A DNA stretch of 63,828 nucleotides, from contig JBDIWC010000022.1 of the NCBI GenBank assembly GCA_039794085.1, positions 1 through 63,828 of the forward strand, written 5' to 3'. How positions within the stretch are numbered: the stretch's first letter is position 1; the number at the start of each line of letters is the position of its first letter. Position numbers and translations under genes: made by a program. This DNA comes from Gemmatimonadales bacterium. GTDB lineage: Bacteria; Gemmatimonadota; Gemmatimonadetes; Gemmatimonadales; GWC2-71-9. A model generated the notes under the pieces. It was not told where the DNA came from and did no database searches. It was given only the letters and a program-made list of their open reading frames with translations. Shown here piece after piece: positions 9,037-20,267 of the stretch.

Positions 9037-10658
9037 GTGATGGACTGATAGTGATCCTGGCCGCGCACGGAGCGGGGGAAGCCTCCGCAGCCAACAGTGC
9101 AGTACAGGAGCTGGCCTCGCGGATCGAGAAGCGCCGGGATGATCTGACGGTATGGACGGCCTTCCAGTTGGGTCATCCGTCGTTCTCGGATCTCGCTGAA
9201 CGACTTGCCGGGAGGGCGGCCGTGGTCGTCCCCCTGCTGTCGGACATGGGGCATCACCGGGACCAGCTCGCGTCCGCATGCCGCGTTTCGGACAGGGACG
9301 GTTCCGTGCGTATCGCACCGCCACTCGGCACCCTGTCGCGAGTCCGCGCCGGGGTCATCGCCCGGGTGGCCCGCGTCCTGGAGGGGCGACCGGGTCCCGT
9401 GGCCATCGTGGTTGTGGGACATGGCACGGACCGGAACCCGGACAGCAGTCGGGGCACCCACGCCCTGACCGCGGCCCTGCGGACGGCGTTTCCCACGGCG
9501 GATGTGCGCCTGGCGTTCCTCGATCAGGAACCCCGCCTCGCGAGTCTGCGGATGCCGGCCGTGTCACGACTGGTCGTGGTGCCGTGGTTCCTGGGCGGTG
9601 GTCCCCACACGAGTCACGACATCCCCACCGGGGTGAAGGCGGCGGTGGCAGCTTCCGGGGTGTTCCCCTTCCCCGGGGTTCACTTCCTCCCGCCGATCGG
9701 GGAGGATCCCGATCTGGTGGAGACAATTCTGCGTGAGGTGGATGCGCACGCCCCGACTCGGGTGCTGCGCCTCGGGTCGCGCGGGAGCCGCCTGGCACTG
9801 CGCCAGGCGGAGATGGTGGCCGACGCGTTGACCGCGCGCGGCACGCGGACGGAGATTGTTCCCTTCACCACCACCGCCGACCGCGACCTCGCACGGGCGC
9901 TGGACGCCTTCCCCACGGGAGACCCCTTCGCCGCGGAATTGGAGGAGGCCGTGCTGGCCGGATCCATCGACCTGGCGGTGCACAGCCTGAAGGACATGGA
10001 CTGGCGCCCTCCGGTGGGAACCGAGTTCGCGGCGCTGCTGCCCCGGGGGCCGGCGGGCGACGTGCTGGTGTCGCGCGACGGGCGCCCCCTGGCCCGGTTG
10101 GCCCCTGGCTCCCGGGTCGGCACCAGCAGCGTCCGACGACGTATCCAGGTGGCGGCGCTGCGTCCCGACCTGGAGTTCGTCCCGGTCCGTGGGACCGTGG
10201 AAGCACGCCTGCGCGACGTGACACGGGGATTCCTCGATGCGGTTGTCCTGGCGGAGGCGGGACTCGTCCGGCTCGGGATGGAGGCGGTGATCACCGAACG
10301 GTTTGGCGTGGATTGTCTGGTTCCCGCTCCGGGCCAGGGCGTCATCGCGGTGACCGCACGCATCGAGGACCACGCCGCGCGCGAGCTGCTGCGACCGGTC
10401 AACGACCCGGATACCGCGCGGGTGGTCTCGGTGGAGCGGGTGGTGACCGGACGGGTGATGGAACGGTATCCGGAGCGGGTGGTCGCGGTGCATGCCACGA
10501 CCGGTCGTGATCTGGAGGTACGAGTGCGACTGATCTCACGACTCAGCGGTACGTGGCACGATGTGGTGGTCGCCGCCGCCGAGAACGGGAACCTGGTGGA
10601 CGAGGTTGTGCGGCGGCTGGAAGCGGCGGTGCGGGCCGCCGAGGGGGGATGGCGATGA
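9033..10658 (+). CDS. Fusion of CbiX/SirB-type chelatase and hydroxymethylbilane synthase (HemC)
   Basis: Two CbiX repeats (AHG...GHH; GHGT...GGGPHT) followed by GSRGSRLAL, AVHSLKD, GTSSVRR and PAPGQG. Confidence 0.85.
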   Translation: MSDGLIVILAAHGAGEASAANSAVQELASRIEKRRDDLTVWTAFQLGHPSFSDLAERLAGRAAVVVPLLSDMGHHRDQLASACRVSDRDGSVRIAPPLGTLSRVRAGVIARVARVLEGRPGPVAIVVVGHGTDRNPDSSRGTHALTAALRTAFPTADVRLAFLDQEPRLASLRMPAVSRLVVVPWFLGGGPHTSHDIPTGVKAAVAASGVFPFPGVHFLPPIGEDPDLVETILREVDAHAPTRVLRLGSRGSRLALRQAEMVADALTARGTRTEIVPFTTTADRDLARALDAFPTGDPFAAELEEAVLAGSIDLAVHSLKDMDWRPPVGTEFAALLPRGPAGDVLVSRDGRPLARLAPGSRVGTSSVRRRIQVAALRPDLEFVPVRGTVEARLRDVTRGFLDAVVLAEAGLVRLGMEAVITERFGVDCLVPAPGQGVIAVTARIEDHAARELLRPVNDPDTARVVSVERVVTGRVMERYPERVVAVHATTGRDLEVRVRLISRLSGTWHDVVVAAAENGNLVDEVVRRLEAAVRAAEGGWR

Positions 10659-12151
10659 TGCCGATGGCGGGAACGGTGTATCTCGTCGGAGCGGGGCCGG
10701 GCGATCCGGGTCTGCTGACGCGACGCGGCGCCCGGCTGCTCCGGACGGCGGACGTGATCTTGTACGACCGTCTCGTCTCACGGGCCCTCCTCGCCCTGGC
10801 TCGTCCGGAGGCGGATCGGATCCCGGTGGGGAAACGCCCGGGTGGAATGGGGATCACCCAGGCTGATATTCACGAACGGTTGATTTCTGCGGCACGCCGC
10901 GGACAGGTGGTGGTCCGTCTGAAGGGTGGAGATCCCTTCGTGTTCGGGCGTGGAAGCGAGGAGCGGGAGGCCTGCCTGCGGGCCGGTGTGCCGTGCGTGG
11001 TCGTGCCGGGGGTGACCAGCGCGATTGCGGGGCCGGGTGCGATGGGCATTCCCGTGACGGCCCGAGGCGTGGCCCGATCCTTTGTGGTGCTCACCGGGCA
11101 CAACGCGGACGATGGAGGGGGCAGAGCGGATGGGGAGGAGGAGTGTGACGGGGACTGGGGGCGTCCGGACACGGTCGTGGTGCTGATGGGCCGGCAATCA
11201 CTCCCCGCCGTCACGGCGCGCCTGAAGAAACTCGGGTATGGGCCGGACACCGGGGCGGCGCTGGTGGACCGCGCCACGATGCGTTCACAGCGCGGAGTCC
11301 GGGCCTCGCTCGGCACGATCGCTGCCGCAGCCGACCGCGCGGGGATCGAGACCCCCGCCGTTCTTGTCGTGGGCGACGTGGTGGAGCAATCCGTGACCGG
11401 CCCCCTGTTGCCACTGGCCGGGGCCCGGGTGATGGTGACCCGCCCGCACCACGCATCGACGGTGCTGGCGGAGCACCTGCGGGCCCGGGGTGCCGAGGTG
11501 ATCGTGGGGCCCGCCATCGGGATCACCTACATGGAGCCGGATGTCGGCGCGCTGCCACCGGTGTCGTGGGACTGGGTGGTCTTCACGTCGCGGCACGCGG
11601 TCCGAGGATGGTGGCGGTGGCTGGCGCGCCACAACCTTGACGCCCGGGTGGTGGCGGGGAGCCGGGTGGCCGCGGTGGGACCATCGACGGCGGGGGAACT
11701 GCGTCGCATCGGCCTTCGCGCGGATCTCATCCCGACGGAGTTCCGGGCGGCTGCCCTGGTGAAGACCCTCGCTCCCCATCTCGACCGAGGGAGCCAGGTT
11801 CTCCACCCCTGCGGGACGCGAGCCCGCGCCGAGGTCCGCGAGGGACTCCAGCATGCCGCGGAAGTGCACGATCTGGTGGTGTATGCCACCTGCGACCGGG
11901 CTCCCGGCCCATCCCTCCGTCGCCGGGTGGCGCAGGGAGTAGACTATCTGTTGTTACACAGTCCCTCGGCCGCGCAGGTGATGGTGACCCACCGATTGGT
12001 GCCCCCGGAGGCCGTGATCGCGTGCATCGGACCCACCACCGCGGCGGCCGCGCAATCCCTGGGTCTTTCGCCGCTGATCGTGGCCGAGGAACACACGGAT
12101 CGCGGGCTTGTCGCGGCCCTCGAGCGGCATGCGGGCGGGGACCGGTCATGA
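10655..12151 (+). CDS. cobA: Uroporphyrinogen-III methyltransferase/synthase fusion (CobA-HemD)
   Basis: VYLVGAGPGDPGLLT and RLKGGDPFVFGRG, then HemD motifs VTRP, FTSRHAV, AVGPST and CIGPTT. Confidence 0.92.
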   Translation: MMPMAGTVYLVGAGPGDPGLLTRRGARLLRTADVILYDRLVSRALLALARPEADRIPVGKRPGGMGITQADIHERLISAARRGQVVVRLKGGDPFVFGRGSEEREACLRAGVPCVVVPGVTSAIAGPGAMGIPVTARGVARSFVVLTGHNADDGGGRADGEEECDGDWGRPDTVVVLMGRQSLPAVTARLKKLGYGPDTGAALVDRATMRSQRGVRASLGTIAAAADRAGIETPAVLVVGDVVEQSVTGPLLPLAGARVMVTRPHHASTVLAEHLRARGAEVIVGPAIGITYMEPDVGALPPVSWDWVVFTSRHAVRGWWRWLARHNLDARVVAGSRVAAVGPSTAGELRRIGLRADLIPTEFRAAALVKTLAPHLDRGSQVLHPCGTRARAEVREGLQHAAEVHDLVVYATCDRAPGPSLRRRVAQGVDYLLLHSPSAAQVMVTHRLVPPEAVIACIGPTTAAAAQSLGLSPLIVAEEHTDRGLVAALERHAGGDRS

Positions 12152-13146
12152 CCACCGTCCCCCGGCGTCCCCATCGGCTCCGCACCCGGCCGGCACTTCG
12201 GGCTCTGCGGCGTGAATCCCATCTGGGGTCTGATCATCTGATCCAACCCTTGTTCGTGGTCGAGCACCCACGGGATGCCCGGAGCGAGGAGGGCCCGCCC
12301 TGGGAGATCCGGCTCACTCTGGATGATCTAATCCCGACCGCACGGCGCCTCCGCGATGCGGGGATACCCGGCATTCTCCTGTTCGGGATCCCGGCCCGAA
12401 AGGATCCGGAAGGCGCCGGAGCCGCGGACCTCGACGGGATCGTTCCCCGGGCGGTGGCCGCGGTTCGAAATGCGGTTCCCGAGCTGGCGGTGATCACGGA
12501 CCTCTGCCTCTGTGCCTGGACTGAGCATGGGCACTGCGGCGTCATCCGCCGGGGGCATCTGGATCACGAGGCCACCCTGCCGTTTCTGGGGCGTGTGGCG
12601 GTGGCGCATGCTCGAGCCGGCGCCGATCTGGTGGCACCGAGCGGGATGATCGACGGGGCGGTCCGTGCCATTCGGATGGCCCTCGACGTCGACGGGCTGG
12701 GCGACACGGGGATCATGTCCTATACGGCGAAGTACGCCTCCTCCCTTTATGCGCCATTCCGAGCCTCGGCCAACTCGGCGCCCGAGTTCGGGGATCGCCA
12801 TGCCCATCAGCTCGACCCCGCGAACGCCCGGGAGGCCCTCATGGAGGCCGCTCTGGACGTGGAGGAAGGGGCAGATGTCCTCATGGTGAAGCCGGCCATT
12901 CTCGGGTTGGACATCGTGGCGGCCCTCCGTCGGATTCACCCGGAGTACCCGGTGGCCGCGTTCCACGTGAGCGGCGAGTGCGCGGCCGTGGAGGCGGCCA
13001 GTCGTCTGGGTTGGCTCGATCGGCGGGCCGTGGTGCTGGAAGCACTCCTGGCCATCCGACGAGCGGGCGCGGACATGACCATCACATGGTACGCGGAAGC
13101 CGCGGCGCAGTGGCTCGCCGAGGACTCGGGATGGAGGGGGGCATGA
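12148..13146 (+). CDS. hemB: Porphobilinogen synthase
   Basis: DLCLCAWTEHGHCG, APSGMIDG, MSYTAKYASSLYAPFR and LMVKP. Confidence 0.95.
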   Translation: MTTVPRRPHRLRTRPALRALRRESHLGSDHLIQPLFVVEHPRDARSEEGPPWEIRLTLDDLIPTARRLRDAGIPGILLFGIPARKDPEGAGAADLDGIVPRAVAAVRNAVPELAVITDLCLCAWTEHGHCGVIRRGHLDHEATLPFLGRVAVAHARAGADLVAPSGMIDGAVRAIRMALDVDGLGDTGIMSYTAKYASSLYAPFRASANSAPEFGDRHAHQLDPANAREALMEAALDVEEGADVLMVKPAILGLDIVAALRRIHPEYPVAAFHVSGECAAVEAASRLGWLDRRAVVLEALLAIRRAGADMTITWYAEAAAQWLAEDSGWRGA

Positions 13147-14417
13147 CAGAGCAGTCCAGGAAAGCGTTCTACCGCGCGTGCCGCGTCCTGCCCGGGGGAG
13201 TCTCGTCACCGGTGCGCGCCTTCGGCGCCGTGGGCGGCGACCCACGCTTCCTCCGCCGGGGTACGGGATGCCACGTCGTGGATCTCGATGATCGGGTGCT
13301 GATCGACTATATCGGAAGCTGGGGGGCTTCGATTCTGGGGCATGCCCATCCCGCCGTGGTCCAGGCGGCGAGCGCGGCCCTCCGTGATGGCTCGACCTTC
13401 GGCCTGTGCGTGCCGGGGGAGGCGGCCCTGGCAGAGAGGATCCTGGAGCGGGTCCCCGGGCTGGACCGTGTTCGCTTCACCAACTCCGGGACGGAGGCCG
13501 TGATGACAGCGGTTCGACTGGCCCGTGCGGTCACGCGCCGTGAGGTCATTCTGATGTTCGAGGGAGGGTGGCATGGCCACGCCGACCCCGTCCTGGTCCG
13601 TTCGTCCCTCCCCGGGGGCGTGAGCCATGGCCTCCCGGGGGTTCCGGGGGGGACCGCGGCCGCCACCAGGGTGGTGCCCTACAACCGTCTCGATTTCGTC
13701 GAGGAGCTGGTCGCCCGCGAGGGGAATCGGATCGCGGCCATACTGGTGGAACCGGTGGCCGGCAACATGGGAGTCGTTCCCCCTGAACCGGACTTCCTCC
13801 CGGGGCTGCGACAGGTGGCGGATCGGTGGGGAGCTCTGCTCGTGTTCGACGAGGTCATCACGGGATTCCGCGTGGCACGAGGCGGAGCCATCGAGCGCTA
13901 CGGGGTCCTCCCTGATCTGGTTACCTACGGGAAGATCCTGGGCGGCGGGATGCCGGTCGGAGCGGTGGCGGGTGGGAGCGCGATCATGGACCAGTTGGCC
14001 CCCTCGGGACCCGTGGTTCACGGAGGAACCTTCGCGGGGAACCCGGTCACCATGGCAGCGGGTCTCGCCACGCTCTCCCATCTGACGGCGGCGGTCTATG
14101 ACACACTGGACGCCACGGCGGACCGCCTGGCTGGCGGCCTCGCTGCGGTGTGGCCCGACGCCCGGGTTCAGCGTGTGGGTTCCATGTTGTCGCTGTGCTT
14201 TCACCCCGCTCCGGTCCGGTCAGCCCGGGACCTTCGTGCCGCGGATCAGGAGCGATTCACCCACCTGTTCCACGCCCTGCTCGAGCGCGGTGTGCTGCTC
14301 CCACCCAGCGCGGAGGAGAGCTGGTTCGTGTCGGCGGCCCACGATCTCCGGATCATTGACGTCACCCTGGCCGCGGCCCGCGATGCCGCGGCCGCCCTCG
14401 AAAGGAATCCCGCATGA
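13143..14417 (+). CDS. hemL: Glutamate-1-semialdehyde aminomutase
   Basis: PGGVSSPVRAF, NSGTEA, FDEVITGFR and YGKILGGGMPVG. Confidence 0.95.
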   Translation: MTEQSRKAFYRACRVLPGGVSSPVRAFGAVGGDPRFLRRGTGCHVVDLDDRVLIDYIGSWGASILGHAHPAVVQAASAALRDGSTFGLCVPGEAALAERILERVPGLDRVRFTNSGTEAVMTAVRLARAVTRREVILMFEGGWHGHADPVLVRSSLPGGVSHGLPGVPGGTAAATRVVPYNRLDFVEELVAREGNRIAAILVEPVAGNMGVVPPEPDFLPGLRQVADRWGALLVFDEVITGFRVARGGAIERYGVLPDLVTYGKILGGGMPVGAVAGGSAIMDQLAPSGPVVHGGTFAGNPVTMAAGLATLSHLTAAVYDTLDATADRLAGGLAAVWPDARVQRVGSMLSLCFHPAPVRSARDLRAADQERFTHLFHALLERGVLLPPSAEESWFVSAAHDLRIIDVTLAAARDAAAALERNPA

Positions 14418-15370
14418 TTCACGACTCGATTCTCAGCACGATCGGCAACACCCCCGTGATCCGGATCAATCGTCTCGCACCGAAGGGGATCCACCTCTAC
14501 GTCAAGGTGGAGGCCTTCAACCCGATGTCGTCGGTCAAGGACCGTCTCGCCTGGGCCATCATCCAGGATGCCGAGCGCCGGGGTGTTCTGCAACCGGGGC
14601 AGACGGTGGTCGAAGCAACGTCGGGCAACACTGGCGTCGCCCTCGCCATGGTCTGCGCCGTGCGGGGATATCCGTTCGTGGCTGTGATGACGGAGACGTT
14701 CTCGGTCGAACGCCGGAAGCTCATGCGGGCGCTCGGTGCCCGGGTGCTGCTGACTCCGGCGGCGGAACGGGGGACGGGAATGGTGCGGGTGGCCCGGGAA
14801 CTCGCCGAGCGCCACGGATGGTTCCTGGCCCGACAGTTCGAGAACCCGGCCAACCCGGCCTATCATCGCCAGACCACCGCGCCAGAGATTCTCCGGGACT
14901 TCGCCGATCTCCGGCTCGACTGGTTCGTGACCGGCTATGGCACCGGCGGTACTCTCACCGGTGTGGGCCAGGTGCTGAAAGTGGCCCGGCCTGGCCTCGC
15001 CGTGGCGGTGGCGGAACCGGCGGGGGCGGCCCTGCTGTCGGGCCGGGAGTGGGCGCCCCACAAGATCCAGGGTTGGACGCCCGATTTCATCCCCGACGTG
15101 CTCGACCGGGAGGTGGTGGACCGGATCATTCCGGTGACCGACGACAAGGCGGTGACCTGCGCTCGCGACCTGGCGCAGCGGGAAGGGATCTTCTGCGGGA
15201 TCTCGGCCGGGGGCACCTTCGCCGCCGCCCTCGAGGTGGCGTCCGAGGCGGAGCCGGGAACCCATATCCTGGCGATGCTTCCGGACACCGGAGAGCGGTA
15301 TCTCTCGACGGTTCTTTTCGAGGGCGTATCCGAGGGGTCCGATGACGAGCTCCAGGCCGGGCTGCCATGA
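14414..15370 (+). CDS. cysK: Cysteine synthase
   Basis: [29 protein letters not shown] and [10 protein letters not shown]. Confidence 0.93.
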   Translation: MIHDSILSTIGNTPVIRINRLAPKGIHLYVKVEAFNPMSSVKDRLAWAIIQDAERRGVLQPGQTVVEATSGNTGVALAMVCAVRGYPFVAVMTETFSVERRKLMRALGARVLLTPAAERGTGMVRVARELAERHGWFLARQFENPANPAYHRQTTAPEILRDFADLRLDWFVTGYGTGGTLTGVGQVLKVARPGLAVAVAEPAGAALLSGREWAPHKIQGWTPDFIPDVLDREVVDRIIPVTDDKAVTCARDLAQREGIFCGISAGGTFAAALEVASEAEPGTHILAMLPDTGERYLSTVLFEGVSEGSDDELQAGLP

Positions 15371-16710
15371 GGACGGGGGAGGCAGGGACACCGACCGGGG
15401 AAGCGCGGAACCGGGAGCGGCTCCGCCTTGTGATCGGGGGACACGTGGACCACGGCAAGAGCACGGTGATCGGACGCCTGCTGGCCGACACGGGGTCACT
15501 GCCGGCGGGCCGCCTGGATCAGGTGCGGGCTCGGTGCGAACGCACCGGGATCCCGTTCGAATACGCCTTCCTGCTCGATGCCCTGCGCGATGAACAGCGG
15601 CAGGGTATCACGATCGAAGCGGCTCGCATCTTCTTCGAGACCGCCACACGGTCCTATCTCCTGTTCGACGCCCCGGGGCACGTCGAGTTCCTGCGCAACA
15701 TGGTGACCGGAACAGCCCAGGCGGATGCGGCCTTCCTGGTGCTGGATGCCCATGAGGGGCTTCGCGAGAATTCCTTCCGGCACGGGGTGCTGATGAGCCT
15801 GCTCGGTGTTCGCCACCTCGCGGTGCTGGTGAACAAGATGGATCTGGTGGAGTTCGAACGCACCGTTTTCGAGACCCTGTCCGGGGAGATCCAGCGGTTC
15901 CTCGGCACGCTCGGCGTCGAGGTGGTGCGGGTAATTCCGGTGAGTGGTCGGGAGGGGAGCAACGTGGTGCACCGGGATCCGCGGATGGCATGGTACGACG
16001 GCCCCACCGTGGTGGAGCAGTTGGATCGCTTCCCCGCGGAGGCCGGTGCCGAGGCGAAACCGTTCCGGATGCCGGTGCAGGACGTCTATCGGTTTCCCCG
16101 CGGTGGCGACCGGCGTCGCATCGTGGCCGGGACAATCGAGAGCGGCACCCTGCGTCCGGGCGACGAGGTAGTGTTCCATCCCTCGGGCAAGAGGAGCCGT
16201 GTGCTCACCCTCGAGGCTTTCCCCCCGGAGGATCGCCACGTCGCGAGGGCCGGAGAGGCGGCCGGATTCACCCTCGCGGAGCAGGTGTATGTCCCCCGCG
16301 GGGAGGTCGTGGCGCGGGCCGCGGAACTTTCCCCCTTGGTGACAACGCGGTTCGGGGCCCGGATCTTCTGGTTGGGTCAGGCACCCCTGGAGTTCGGCAA
16401 GGAGTACGTCCTGAGGGTGGGAACCAGCCGTGGAACGGCGCGGATGGAAAGGGTGGTGCGGGTCGTCAACGCGTCCACCCTGGTGGTGGACGATGGCAAA
16501 TCGCTGGTGGAGCGCCACGAGGTGGCGGACGTCATTCTCGTCTCCGACCGACCCCTGGCCTGGGATCCCCCCGAAGTGTGCCTCGCCATGAGTCGGTTCG
16601 TGATCGTGGAGGATCACCGGATCGTGGGGGGAGGAGTGATCCGGGCGGTGGCGCAAGAGGAGCGTCAGAACGCGCCGGAAGGGAACTCTCTGGTGGGGAG
16701 GAACGCATGA
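15367..16710 (+). CDS. cysN: Sulfate adenylyltransferase subunit 1 (GTPase)
   Basis: [22 protein letters not shown] and NKMD. Confidence 0.92.
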   Translation: MRTGEAGTPTGEARNRERLRLVIGGHVDHGKSTVIGRLLADTGSLPAGRLDQVRARCERTGIPFEYAFLLDALRDEQRQGITIEAARIFFETATRSYLLFDAPGHVEFLRNMVTGTAQADAAFLVLDAHEGLRENSFRHGVLMSLLGVRHLAVLVNKMDLVEFERTVFETLSGEIQRFLGTLGVEVVRVIPVSGREGSNVVHRDPRMAWYDGPTVVEQLDRFPAEAGAEAKPFRMPVQDVYRFPRGGDRRRIVAGTIESGTLRPGDEVVFHPSGKRSRVLTLEAFPPEDRHVARAGEAAGFTLAEQVYVPRGEVVARAAELSPLVTTRFGARIFWLGQAPLEFGKEYVLRVGTSRGTARMERVVRVVNASTLVVDDGKSLVERHEVADVILVSDRPLAWDPPEVCLAMSRFVIVEDHRIVGGGVIRAVAQEERQNAPEGNSLVGRNA

Positions 16711-17456
16711 GCGCGGCGATGGTCCGGGAAACCCATGGACGGTCTGTCGCCAAGGCGGTGAGCTACCGGCTCCTCGGGACGATGGCCACAATCGGCCTCG
16801 TGTTTCTCTTCACGGGACGCGAGGGTCTCTCCCTCGCCATCGGGGGGCTCGAGTTCGCCTCGAAGATAGCCCTGTTCTGGATGCACGAGCGCGTCTGGGA
16901 CCGGGTGTCCTTCGGTAAGCGACCCGTCAGACCGTCCGTCATCTGGCTCACGGGCCTGTCGGGGTCCGGCAAGACCACTCTCGGCCAATGGGTGACCAAC
17001 GAGCTCCGGCGTCGCGGGTACCCCGTCGAGCACCTCGACGGCGATGGGTTGCGCGCCCTCCTGCCCGCCACCGGGTTCACCCGGGAAGCCCGGGACGAAC
17101 ACGCGCGCCGGGTGGCCGTGCTGGCGGCGGCGCTGGAGCGCAACGGTGTCTTTGTCGTGGTGTCACTCATCAGCCCCTATGCGGCATCCCGCGAATTCGC
17201 GCGAGCGCAGACACAACGGTTCGTCGAGGTGTATGTGAGCACGCCGCTCACTGTCTGCGAGTCCCGGGATGTGAAAGGGCTGTATGCCAAGGCGCGGCGA
17301 GGGGAGATCCCCCGGTTCACCGGGCTCGATGATCCCTTCGAACCGCCACCGCATCCCGAGATCGCGGTCGACACGACGGACCTGACCGTCGCCCAGGCCG
17401 GGCGCCGGATCCTGGACCACCTGGACCAACAGCAGCTGTCGGGAGGGCGGACATGA
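16707..17456 (+). CDS. cysC: Adenylyl-sulfate kinase with an N-terminal DUF2061-like membrane domain
   Basis: N-terminal [10 protein letters not shown]...HERVW, then [22 protein letters not shown] and FTGLDDPFE. Confidence 0.9.
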   Translation: MSAAMVRETHGRSVAKAVSYRLLGTMATIGLVFLFTGREGLSLAIGGLEFASKIALFWMHERVWDRVSFGKRPVRPSVIWLTGLSGSGKTTLGQWVTNELRRRGYPVEHLDGDGLRALLPATGFTREARDEHARRVAVLAAALERNGVFVVVSLISPYAASREFARAQTQRFVEVYVSTPLTVCESRDVKGLYAKARRGEIPRFTGLDDPFEPPPHPEIAVDTTDLTVAQAGRRILDHLDQQQLSGGRT

Positions 17457-18334
17457 ATCACCTGGATCGACTCGAACACCGCAGTATTCACATCCTTCGG
17501 GAGGCTCACGCCTGCTTCGCGGATCTGTGCATGTTGTGGTCCATCGGCAAGGACAGCACCGTGATGCTGTGGCTCGCGCGCAAGGCCTTCTTCGGACACG
17601 TGCCATTCCCCCTCGTGCACGTGGACACCTCCTACAAGATTCCCGCGATGATCGCCTACCGAGACGCGCTGGCCCGGGAATGGGGACTCACCATGATCGT
17701 GGGACAGAACCGTGAGGCGCTGGCGGTGGGCCGCACCTTTCCCGCCGGTGCGGTGGACCGTCTCACCTGCTGCCGACTGCTCAAGACGGATGCGCTCCGG
17801 AACACACTGGACGGATCCTGGCCCCGACGGCGGCTCAACCATGCCACCGGAGAGTACGAGGAGGACCGAAGCGGCGACGTGTTCACCGGCGTGATCGTCG
17901 GGGCCCGCGCCGATGAGGAGGGCAGCCGGTCGAAGGAGCGCTACTTTTCCCCCCGGGATACCCGAAGCACCTGGCATGTCGGGGAACAGCCTCCCGAGCT
18001 CTGGAACCTGTACAACACCGAGGTGCCCGCGGGTACGCACGTGCGCATCCATCCCCTGCTCGACTGGACCGAGTCCGAGATCTGGGAGTACATCGCCCGT
18101 GAGCACATTCCCACGGTCGACCTCTACTATGACAGGGGAGAGGGCTCGCGCTACCGGTCCCTGGGCTGCGAGGCATGCACCCGTCCCGTGCCCAGCACCG
18201 CCCGTACGCCAGAGGAGATCGTGACCGAACTCCGGGAGGGGGCGCTCGCCCATGTGGCCGAGCGGGCGGGCCGGGCCCAGGATCTGGATGACGGAGGGGG
18301 CCTCGAAACGCTCCGTCGAGAGGGGTACATGTAG
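17453..18334 (+). CDS. cysD: Sulfate adenylyltransferase subunit 2
   Basis: [32 protein letters not shown] and C-terminal EGYM. Confidence 0.95.
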   Translation: MNHLDRLEHRSIHILREAHACFADLCMLWSIGKDSTVMLWLARKAFFGHVPFPLVHVDTSYKIPAMIAYRDALAREWGLTMIVGQNREALAVGRTFPAGAVDRLTCCRLLKTDALRNTLDGSWPRRRLNHATGEYEEDRSGDVFTGVIVGARADEEGSRSKERYFSPRDTRSTWHVGEQPPELWNLYNTEVPAGTHVRIHPLLDWTESEIWEYIAREHIPTVDLYYDRGEGSRYRSLGCEACTRPVPSTARTPEEIVTELREGALAHVAERAGRAQDLDDGGGLETLRREGYM

Positions 18335-18337
18335 CCC

Positions 18338-18367
18338 TTGACGAGGTCTCCACCCGGGGGTTATGGT
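18338..18367 (+). promoter_or_regulatory. sigma70-type promoter of pheA-aroF
   Basis: TTGACG (18338-18343), 18-bp spacer, TATGGT (18362-18367). Confidence 0.6.
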
Positions 18368-18373
18368 TGTGCC

Positions 18374-18451
18374 ATGCAGCGACTCATTCTCACCGGTCTC
18401 TTTACCACCCCCGGCGGCGCGTTCCGGCCGTCCGGAGATGGTCCCTGCTGA
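18374..18451 (+). CDS. Putative leader peptide (25 aa)
   Basis: MQRLILTGLFTTPGGAFRPSGDGPC*. It starts at about the predicted TSS and contains a sequence complementary to the downstream terminator arm. Confidence 0.55.
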   Translation: MQRLILTGLFTTPGGAFRPSGDGPC

Positions 18452-18477
18452 CGCACACCTGACACCGGATGTCCCCG

Positions 18478-18510
18478 ACGCCCCGCCCTCACGGCGGGGC
18501 GTTTTTTGTT
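18478..18510 (+). terminator. Intrinsic terminator/attenuator upstream of pheA-aroF
   Basis: Stem ACGCCCCGCC/GGCGGGGCGT followed by TTTTTGTT. Confidence 0.85.
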
Positions 18511-18535
18511 GTGTCCTCATTATCGGAGTTGCCCC

Positions 18536-20257
18536 ATGCGCGTTGCCATTCAAGGAGCCCGAGGATCCTTCAGCGAGGCCGCCGTCCAGCGGGCCTGGCC
18601 CACCGCCGTCCTGATCCCCTGCCGGAATGTGACCGAGGTGATCCGTGTCGTGCGGAAGGGCCGGGCCGACGCGGGATGCCTCCCGATGGACAACACCCTC
18701 GCAGGCGTGATCCGCCCCGCCTACGACCTGATGCACGAGGCCTTCTCCGATCGAGACCTCCGCCTCACCCGGGAGGTGATTCTCCCGATCCATCACACCG
18801 TGGCGGCTCCGCCCGGAGTCGGCCTGAGCGAGATCACTCACGTTCACTCCCACCCCGTCGCGCTGGAACAGTGTGGCCTCTGGCTCGGTCAACACCTGTC
18901 CGGCGCCACTCTGGTTCCGGAGTGGGACACGGCGGGTAGCGCCGAGGAGGTGGTACGCTCCGGCGACCGGTTCCGGGCCGCCATCTGCGCCCGCTCCGCA
19001 GCGGAACACTGGGGCCTGGCGGTTCTGGAGGAACGGATCGAGGACGATCCGACGAATCAGACGAGGTTCCTGCTCTTTCAGCGGTCCTCGCCGACCATCG
19101 AGACGGAGGAGCGGGAGACGGGGGAACCATGGAAGACGTCGATTGTTGTCTGGACCGAGCACCGGGCGGGGCTCCTCTCAGCGGTTCTTCAGGCGTTTGC
19201 CGGGCGCGGTGTGAACCTCACCAACCTGCAATCCCGTCCGGAACCTTCCGCCCCGTGGAGCTATCGCTTCTACATGGACGTGGAGGGTCACGAAGCCGAC
19301 CCCGGAGTGGCGGATGCCTTGGAGGCGATCGAGTCCCTCGTGTCGCGCCGCGTCGTGCTCGGGAGCTACCGCAGCGGCGAGCCGGGGAGCGAAACCGGCG
19401 ACGGTCCTGCCCCGGTGGTGCCCGCAGAACGGCACGGACCACGCCTTCCCCTCTTCGACCGACGGCACCATCCCGAGGGAACGGTGGTGATGGTCGGGTC
19501 GGTGACCATTGGCGGCCCCGAACCGGTGGTGATTGCCGGGCCCTGCAGCGTGGAGGATCGGGAGATGATCCTCCGTGTGGCGGAGGCCGTTCGGCAGGCG
19601 GGAGGTCACCTGCTTCGGGGTGGGGCCTTCAAGCCGAGAACCTCGCCCTATGCCTTCCAGGGCCTGGGAGTGCCCGCACTCAGGTATCTGGCCGAGGCCC
19701 GGGAGCGGACCGGCCTGCCGGTGGTGACCGAGGTGTTGAGCTGGGAGGATGTGCCACTCATGGCCCGGTACGCGGACATGCTGCAGGTCGGGGCGAGAAA
19801 CATGCAGAACTTCTCCCTTCTGCGGGCCGCGGGTCGGAGCGGAAAGCCGATCCTGCTCAAGCGCGGCGCCGGTGCGACGATCGAGGAGTGGCTCCATGCG
19901 GCGGAATACATCCTGGCGCAGGGGAATCCGAACGTCGTGCTCTGCGAGCGTGGAATCCGAACCTTCGAACGAGCCACCCGGCATACCCTCGACCTGAACG
20001 CGGTGGCCCTGGTGAGGGAACGGAGCCATCTGCCGGTCATCGCGGACCCGAGCCACGCGTCGGGGTTGCGGTCAATCGTCCCCGCCCTGGTCCGTGCGTC
20101 CATCGCCGCGGGGGCACACGGTGTGATGGTGGAGGTGCACCCCGATCCCGACCGCGCGGTGAGCGACGGGGAGCAGAGCCTTGACGTGGAGACGTTCCGC
20201 GCCGTGATGACGGGATGGCAGGGTGGGCTCAGCGGGGTGGGATGTCCCTGCAGTTAA
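18536..20257 (+). CDS. Prephenate dehydratase (with ACT) fused to class I-beta DAHP synthase
   Basis: [23 protein letters not shown] and LQSRP, then [31 protein letters not shown] and DPSHASG. Confidence 0.92.
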   Translation: MRVAIQGARGSFSEAAVQRAWPTAVLIPCRNVTEVIRVVRKGRADAGCLPMDNTLAGVIRPAYDLMHEAFSDRDLRLTREVILPIHHTVAAPPGVGLSEITHVHSHPVALEQCGLWLGQHLSGATLVPEWDTAGSAEEVVRSGDRFRAAICARSAAEHWGLAVLEERIEDDPTNQTRFLLFQRSSPTIETEERETGEPWKTSIVVWTEHRAGLLSAVLQAFAGRGVNLTNLQSRPEPSAPWSYRFYMDVEGHEADPGVADALEAIESLVSRRVVLGSYRSGEPGSETGDGPAPVVPAERHGPRLPLFDRRHHPEGTVVMVGSVTIGGPEPVVIAGPCSVEDREMILRVAEAVRQAGGHLLRGGAFKPRTSPYAFQGLGVPALRYLAEARERTGLPVVTEVLSWEDVPLMARYADMLQVGARNMQNFSLLRAAGRSGKPILLKRGAGATIEEWLHAAEYILAQGNPNVVLCERGIRTFERATRHTLDLNAVALVRERSHLPVIADPSHASGLRSIVPALVRASIAAGAHGVMVEVHPDPDRAVSDGEQSLDVETFRAVMTGWQGGLSGVGCPCS

Positions 20258-20267
20258 TAAAGGTCGA

